DNA of 64,000 bases, taken from contig OZ245006.1 in NCBI GenBank assembly GCA_965223545.1, positions 7,744,001 to 7,808,000 on the forward strand, read 5' to 3'. The translations under genes were made by a program, and so were the position numbers. The notes below the pieces were generated by a model. That model was given only the letters and a program-made list of their open reading frames with translations. It was not told where the DNA came from and did not search any database. This document shows, one piece after another, positions 59,084 to 64,000 of the stretch. The DNA comes from Planctomycetota bacterium. Its GTDB lineage: Bacteria; Planctomycetota; UBA1135; UBA2386. The number at the start of each line of letters is the position of its first letter. Within the stretch, counting starts at the first letter, position 1.

Positions 59084-59344
59084 TCAGTAGAGCCAGGCTT
59101 GACCCAGGTCGATGCTGCGAGGGTCGTCGGTCACATCGATACGGTAAGACTTTCCGCCCGCCAGGAATGCGACCTTGCAGTAGGCGCCGCACATCTCCTC
59201 CTCGCACTCTCGACGGATGCGAGAGAGTAGGGCCCGGAAAGCGTCGACGCTCATGTCGACATTCTCGGCGGGGAAACATCCGGCTTCGGTCCATCGGACG
59301 GTGACGCTCTCGGCGGCTTCGATGGTGGTGGCGACTTGTTCCAT
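59084..59344 (-). CDS. Hypothetical protein, probably leaderless
   Basis: ATG 7 nt after a TAGGAT -10 box. Confidence 0.55.
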   Translation of the reverse strand: MEQVATTIEAAESVTVRWTEAGCFPAENVDMSVDAFRALLSRIRRECEEEMCGAYCKVAFLAGGKSYRIDVTDDPRSIDLGQAWLY

Positions 59345-59351
59345 GTCCCCC

Positions 59352-59379
59352 ATCCTACTTTCCGAGTGCGCAAAGTCAA
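59352..59379 (-). promoter_or_regulatory. Sigma70-like promoter
   Basis: TTGACT-16 nt-TAGGAT on minus strand. Confidence 0.6.
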
Positions 59380-59594
59380 GCGGGTGGGCGTTGTTTCTTC
59401 CGACGAGTCAGCATCTCCGGGCGTACCCCAACCAGAACGTTCATCCGAATCCACTCCGACACCCCGACGCCAGATCTGTTTGCGGCGTTGCGCAACCATT
59501 CCCATTCGAGATCGCTGAATCGTACCGTCCTAGGCCGAAGCACATCCCCGTCGATGGACTCGGTCGGTCGCCCCATCTTGCGCTGCGCGCTCAT
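59376..59594 (-). CDS. Ribbon-helix-helix regulator with AT-hook-like N-terminus
   Basis: 'KMGRP', 'RTVRFSDLEW..L..AA...GVGVSEWIR'. Confidence 0.75.
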   Translation of the reverse strand: MSAQRKMGRPTESIDGDVLRPRTVRFSDLEWEWLRNAANRSGVGVSEWIRMNVLVGVRPEMLTRRKKQRPPA

Positions 59595-59637
59595 GGGGCC
59601 ATCCTCGCAGACTGGATCGAAAAGCGCAAATTCGCAT

Positions 59638-59675
59638 GCGCAAAGTCTTGACTTTCGACGCCGGATGCCGATACT
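59638..59675 (+). promoter_or_regulatory. Rightward early promoter with palindromic operator
   Basis: TTGACT-16 nt-GATACT; AAAGTC-TT-GACTTT palindrome over the -35. Confidence 0.6.
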
Positions 59676-59733
59676 GAAACCGTCGCCGGACGAAGCCGTC
59701 CACCACACGGCCCGGCGGAAAGGAACAAGCACG

Positions 59734-59937
59734 ATGAGATTCCGCTCGCCGGAGTACCTCTATTCCCCGCCGGAAGCCGCAGTCTGCGACTGCTGCGCTC
59801 TGCCCCTCGCCTACCACGGCGCCGACTCGTTCTGCCCCGAGTGCGAGCACGACGAGGACGAGCCGGCCAGGCCGCTGGATGGCAACCTGCTGGTGTCGTT
59901 GGGCGCGGCGATTGCCGAGCAACGGGAGGCGGGCTGA
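59734..59937 (+). CDS. Small Zn-finger phage protein
   Basis: AAGGA RBS; CDCC...CPEC. Confidence 0.55.
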   Translation: MRFRSPEYLYSPPEAAVCDCCALPLAYHGADSFCPECEHDEDEPARPLDGNLLVSLGAAIAEQREAG

Positions 59938-60176
59938 TGATCGTGTCAGACTCCACCGTCGAAGCGATCGCGCTCATCTTGGGCGACGAGGCCCCGCAGT
60001 CGATTCGCGGCGATCTTCACCTGGCGCGGACCTGGCCGGAGTTGCTCAAGGCCATCAAGGCTGGGCTGCGGTTGGCGCGGGATCTGGAGGAGGCGCTGCC
60101 TCCCGAGTGCCCTGAGTGCGGCGTCGATCTGGACGCCCGCGGGCGTTGCTGGCCATGCACGCGGGAGGGGGCGTGA
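59937..60176 (+). CDS. Small Zn-finger phage protein
   Basis: TGATG coupling; CPEC...CWPC. Confidence 0.55.
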   Translation: MIVSDSTVEAIALILGDEAPQSIRGDLHLARTWPELLKAIKAGLRLARDLEEALPPECPECGVDLDARGRCWPCTREGA

Positions 60177-60406
60177 TGCGCGACCCTCTTGTCACGATCG
60201 ATCACCTCTCCGACGAGGGCCTTGCCGCGGTCTGGATCGAGACCGATGCCGGCCGACTCAACGTTGCTTCGTGGATCCCTACGGCCGCGGCCGAGCACAT
60301 CGCCGCCGCGCTGAGGTGCGTCGGCATGGATGCCCTGCGCGTGCTCGTTTCTCTGCGCACACACCTCGGCGAGCCCGAGGCCGTCGAGCGCGTTTTCCCG
60401 ATGTAG
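60176..60406 (+). CDS. Phage hypothetical protein
   Basis: TGATG coupling. Confidence 0.5.
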   Translation: MRDPLVTIDHLSDEGLAAVWIETDAGRLNVASWIPTAAAEHIAAALRCVGMDALRVLVSLRTHLGEPEAVERVFPM

Positions 60407-60576
60407 TGTAAGATCACCCCCACGTCGACGCCCGACACCACGCGGGCCCGGCGATTCACCCAATCAAGGAACAAGCAAATGCAATCGCGCGAAGCGTTGC
60501 GCGAGGCCGCTACCTGTATCGCGGTGGCGGTTCTCGGCCTGGTCATTCTCGCCCTGCTACACGCGGAGCCGTGGCG

Positions 60577-60813
60577 ATGACCGTCATCCACGACCCCAAC
60601 AACCGCTGCCTCGGCTGCAGCGCGCCAACGGACGTCCCTGGCTGGTGCGTGGAGTGCATCGACTTGCACCCGCAAGCGCCAACAGGCTCGGACCGCCACA
60701 TGGATCTACTCGGCGTGCCGCCGGCAGACCGTTACTGCCCGCAGCACGGAGAGCCGCTCGTCATCCGCGATAGACCCGGTCGGAGCTGGGAATGCGGGTG
60801 CAGGGATTGCTAG
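60577..60813 (+). CDS. Small Cys-rich phage protein
   Basis: CxxC pairs. Confidence 0.5.
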   Translation: MTVIHDPNNRCLGCSAPTDVPGWCVECIDLHPQAPTGSDRHMDLLGVPPADRYCPQHGEPLVIRDRPGRSWECGCRDC

Positions 60814-60821
60814 GAGGAACG

Positions 60822-61715
60822 ATGACGACAACTCAGCTACCCACAAGCCAGCTCACGCCCGAGCAGCTGGAGTTTCGCAAGACCCGGATCGGCTCATCAG
60901 ACATTGCCGCCATCGCCGGACTCAACCCGTGGTCCGGCCCGATCGATGTTTGGCTCGAGAAGATGGGCAAGAGCACGCGCGAGCAAACGGCTGGGTCGCG
61001 GTTGGGCAACTTGGTTGAAGCGTGCATCGCGCAGGTCTACGCCGAAGACAACCCGACGGTGAGCTTGTTCGTGCCCCAGCCGGCGACGTTCTCCCATCCC
61101 GAGCGCTCTTGGCAAGCCGCATCACCCGACCGACTGTGCCTCGTGGACGGCGCGCCCGGTCGCGTGCTCGAGATCAAGCTCGTCGGCCGACGAGTGGCCC
61201 ACCACTGGGATGACGGCACGCCAGTCTACGTGACCACGCAGGCGCTTTGGCAGTGCGATGTCTCGGATCTGCCCGAGGCCCACATCGCGGCAGCGATCTG
61301 CGGGACCGAGTGGCACCTCGACGTCGTCGAATGGGACGAGGACACCGTCGGCGCTCTGCGTGACGTTGGCGAGCGCTTCTATCGCGACCACATGCTGACC
61401 AAGCGCCCGCCGGCGATCGATGCGTCAGAGACCTGGCGCGACTACTTCAAGGATCTGCATCCGCGCGTCACGAAACCGATGGCGGAGGCAAGCGAGCGCG
61501 AGTCGGAACTGGCTCGCCGCTGGCTGCAGGCAAGGCGAAGGAAGGCGGACGCCGACCAAGCCGAGAGCCTGCTACAGAATCAACTCATCGAGTTGGTCGG
61601 AGATCGCGAAGGGGTTCGTGGCGAGGGCTGGCGGCTCATGCTGAAACAGAGGAAGGGCACCGACAAGCGCGTGTTCGACCTTCGTGAGGTCAAGTCAAAG
61701 AAGAGGAGATCATGA
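60822..61715 (+). CDS. YqaJ-like viral recombinase (lambda exonuclease family)
   Basis: 'RKTRIGSSDIAAI.GLNPW', 'G...E', 'ASPD', 'LEIK', 'YVTTQ'. Confidence 0.9.
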   Translation: MTTTQLPTSQLTPEQLEFRKTRIGSSDIAAIAGLNPWSGPIDVWLEKMGKSTREQTAGSRLGNLVEACIAQVYAEDNPTVSLFVPQPATFSHPERSWQAASPDRLCLVDGAPGRVLEIKLVGRRVAHHWDDGTPVYVTTQALWQCDVSDLPEAHIAAAICGTEWHLDVVEWDEDTVGALRDVGERFYRDHMLTKRPPAIDASETWRDYFKDLHPRVTKPMAEASERESELARRWLQARRRKADADQAESLLQNQLIELVGDREGVRGEGWRLMLKQRKGTDKRVFDLREVKSKKRRS

Positions 61716-62761
61716 CGACAACAGAGAACGATGTCCGCGATGCGGTCCTGGACGTGGAGTCCACAAGTGCGGTCACCGTAGCGCAGGGGGAGGTGGGTGT
61801 TGCGGCCGCGACGGCGCGGGCTGTCGAGGAAGTGCGGGCCCTCTTCGTCGTGGCGGCCTCTCGCCCTCGCGACATGGACGTCGTGCGGCAAAAGCTCTTG
61901 CGCGAGTGCAAGCGGCCCGGGTTTGCCGAGTCGGCGACCTACACCTTGCCGTTTGGCGAAGAGAAGGCGAGCGGCCCGACCATCAGGTTCGCAGAGGCCG
62001 CGCTGGCAGCCATGGGCAACTGCCACGTCGAATCCACCGTGATCTACGACGATCTCGAGAAGCGCATGATCCGCGTGCGGGTCATGGATCTGGAGTCTTG
62101 CGTCCCCTACGTGCGCGAGGTCGTGGTCGACAAGACGGTCGAACGCCGGTTCTTGCGGAAGGGGCAGACGCCCCTGAGCGTGCGCGTCAACGCCAGCGGC
62201 AAAAAGGTCTACACCGTCAAGGCGAGCGAACCTGACCTCTTGGCGAAGGTGGGGCGCGAAGAGTCCAAGGCGTTGCGGACACTGGCCATGCGACTGTTGC
62301 CTGGCTGGCTCAGGGACGAGGCCCTGGCAACGCTCGAGCACACGATTGCCAACAAGGCTGCCGAGGATCCTGACGCATTCCGCCGCAAGCTGGTCGATGC
62401 ATTCCAGGCGGTCGGTATCGACGTGGCCGCGATCAAGGGCGCGGGCTACGACCTCGGGCGCGCGACCCCTGCCGAACTCGCAGAGCTTCGGTCGATCTAT
62501 CAAGCGCTCCGGGACGGCGATCTCGTTTGGGAGGACGTCGTCGCGATGAAGAACGGGAGCGATGCCGGTGAAGGCGAGGACAGGAAGGCGCCGCCCGCCG
62601 GGGCAAAGAAGCTACGCGAGGCGCTCAGCAAGGCGAAGGAGAGGCGCGAGGCCGACGCGAAAGTCGTCGAGACCGAGCCTCTATCGGGGCCTGAGCCCGA
62701 CCCCGACGACGCGCAGGGATTCGACCCCGACGCGGACGCGGACATGGTGGCGGGGGATTGA
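61712..62761 (+). CDS. Putative single-strand annealing protein
   Basis: Coupled to YqaJ; 'PRD', 'GPTIRFAE', 'SKALR', acidic tail; function inferred from position. Confidence 0.55.
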   Translation: MTTTENDVRDAVLDVESTSAVTVAQGEVGVAAATARAVEEVRALFVVAASRPRDMDVVRQKLLRECKRPGFAESATYTLPFGEEKASGPTIRFAEAALAAMGNCHVESTVIYDDLEKRMIRVRVMDLESCVPYVREVVVDKTVERRFLRKGQTPLSVRVNASGKKVYTVKASEPDLLAKVGREESKALRTLAMRLLPGWLRDEALATLEHTIANKAAEDPDAFRRKLVDAFQAVGIDVAAIKGAGYDLGRATPAELAELRSIYQALRDGDLVWEDVVAMKNGSDAGEGEDRKAPPAGAKKLREALSKAKERREADAKVVETEPLSGPEPDPDDAQGFDPDADADMVAGD

Positions 62762-63495
62762 TGAGTCTCTACAACGCCTTGTTCGGCAGGAACCAGCAGG
62801 CCAACTTGCTGTTGGCTGTCGTTGGCCTGAAGGCGAGCGACGTACAGCGCTTCCGTGACGTGCGCGCGAGTGATGACGGTGGCGAGATTCGAGTACTGTC
62901 TCGTACAGGAGGGGGAAACCGCGCGGACTACCCCCAACGCCTCATGCGCTCGATGCCAGCATGGGATCGGTCTGTTGATGACGAGTTCGATAGCACGTAC
63001 TGCACCGATGTCTTGTGCGTAGGCGAGGGGTGGCGTGGAGATGTCGTCAACCTTGGCGATGTGCTTGAGCACGGGATCCGAGCCGAGTTCGCGCGCTACC
63101 TTGGCCAAACGCTGCACCGTGAACCAACCCCGCGCGACGTGGAGGCGCGGGCTTACGAGAGCGAGCAGAACACCCTGGCGCGCACGAATCACACAATGGC
63201 GAACGGCCACACGTTCGTGCCGCACGATGACGCGTCGATGCGGCGCGCCCTTGAGCTTGCGGAGAAGAACAGGGGCAAGCTGCGGTCGGCGTGGGGGATC
63301 CTCCCGCTCAGGCTCCGGGTGCGGCGAGATGAGGAGGTGTTCGGGCGCTACGTCCGGCTAGAGACGGATGCGGTCTGGCAAATCGATCACCACTACTGGA
63401 AGCGGTGTCAGGAGAAGTTCGCGACTGAGTTTCCACTGGCGATGCGTCAGCTCGACACCGACGTCGAGAGACGGCTCCAGGGGGAGGTGTCATGA
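62761..63495 (+). CDS. Phage hypothetical protein
   Basis: 'SLYNALFG...RFRD...RTGGGNR...DD.FDSTY'. Confidence 0.65.
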   Translation: MSLYNALFGRNQQANLLLAVVGLKASDVQRFRDVRASDDGGEIRVLSRTGGGNRADYPQRLMRSMPAWDRSVDDEFDSTYCTDVLCVGEGWRGDVVNLGDVLEHGIRAEFARYLGQTLHREPTPRDVEARAYESEQNTLARTNHTMANGHTFVPHDDASMRRALELAEKNRGKLRSAWGILPLRLRVRRDEEVFGRYVRLETDAVWQIDHHYWKRCQEKFATEFPLAMRQLDTDVERRLQGEVS

Positions 63496-63818
63496 CTGCT
63501 GCCACCACGCACTTCAACACCGTCGAGGAGTGGAAGGCCGAAGGCGAGCGCCGCTTCGGCCCGGATGTCATGCGCTGGCGGTTCGTCTGCCCGGCGTGTG
63601 GCCACGTTGCCTCGGTCCAAGAGTGGAAGGCCGTTGGCGCACCTGAGGACGTTGTGGCGTACTCCTGCGTTGGCCGGTGGGCGGGTGCCGATCGCGTCGC
63701 GTTCGAGTCGGGTCGCGGGCCGTGCGACTACGCGGGCGGCGGCCTGTTCCAGATCAACCCGGTCCGCATCGGCGATCGGGAGTCTGGCGTATTCGCTTTC
63801 GCAGACGACGAGGAGTGA
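63492..63818 (+). CDS. VVA0879-like phage protein
   Basis: 'EW..EG.RRFG....WRFVCPACG...SCVGR...CDYAGGGL'. Confidence 0.75.
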   Translation: MTAATTHFNTVEEWKAEGERRFGPDVMRWRFVCPACGHVASVQEWKAVGAPEDVVAYSCVGRWAGADRVAFESGRGPCDYAGGGLFQINPVRIGDRESGVFAFADDEE

Positions 63819-64000
63819 TGCCTGGCCGCACACGCATCCTCCCGCTCCACACGCCGGCCGCCGAGGAGCGCCTCGTGCGCCACATCGACGACGCCAGGAA
63901 GCGTGCCGAGGTCGGTCGCAAGGCGAAGGCCCTGCGGGAGGTGGTCGCCACGTGGCAGGCGCAGATCGTCGAGTGGCGTGGTCTCGAGAGCGACCCCGAG
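63818..64000 (+). CDS. Phage hypothetical protein (partial)
   Basis: TGATG coupling; frame open to window end. Confidence 0.5.
   Translation, partial: MPGRTRILPLHTPAAEERLVRHIDDARKRAEVGRKAKALREVVATWQAQIVEWRGLESDPE

Larger units (their letters stand above)
31487..64000. mobile_element. Prophage-like element next to tRNA-Asn (right end outside window)
   Basis: Abrupt switch to short overlapping phage-type ORFs (HNH-AP2, MTases, initiator, primase, YqaJ); att duplicate and integrase not in window. Confidence 0.85.

Noticed and set aside
31487..64000. Diversity-generating retroelement or retron
   Set aside because: No reverse transcriptase motifs and no TR/VR pair seen

Overview
GC-rich bacterial chromosome window, probably Planctomycetota (inferred from an ECF sigma factor fused to carboxypeptidase-regulatory-like domains, an FHA kinase and VIT-vWA proteins). 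1-31.4 kb is host core: GldG/DUF4340 ABC accessory genes, two ECF sigma factors, an MrfA/MrfB-like helicase-exonuclease pair, ychJ, purN, a PNP-like gene, tilS, gap-pgk-rpe-accD-truD, DUF2461 and two VIT-vWA paralogues. A tRNA-Asn(GTT) lies at 31411-31486. From there to the window end is a prophage-like element: small translationally coupled genes, HNH-AP2, two methyltransferases, a sulfotransferase, an RNA-ligase-like gene, a replication initiator with iterons, DnaG, YqaJ/SSAP recombination genes and large secreted or beta-propeller proteins. No integrase, terminase or capsid gene is visible. The standout is at 46.8-49.4 kb: a lone Cas7/RAMP-like gene with no CRISPR array or other cas genes, followed by two non-coding arrays of ten ~75-115 nt units built from (CGC-NN)n pentamers. 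Two units share 11 consecutive NN dinucleotides while their scaffold triplets have diverged, which suggests the NN positions form a gapped guide code of an RNA-guided system. Also notable: a C5 methyltransferase whose motif IX sits in a fully overlapping second reading frame. All protein calls are by motif recognition only; no searches were run.
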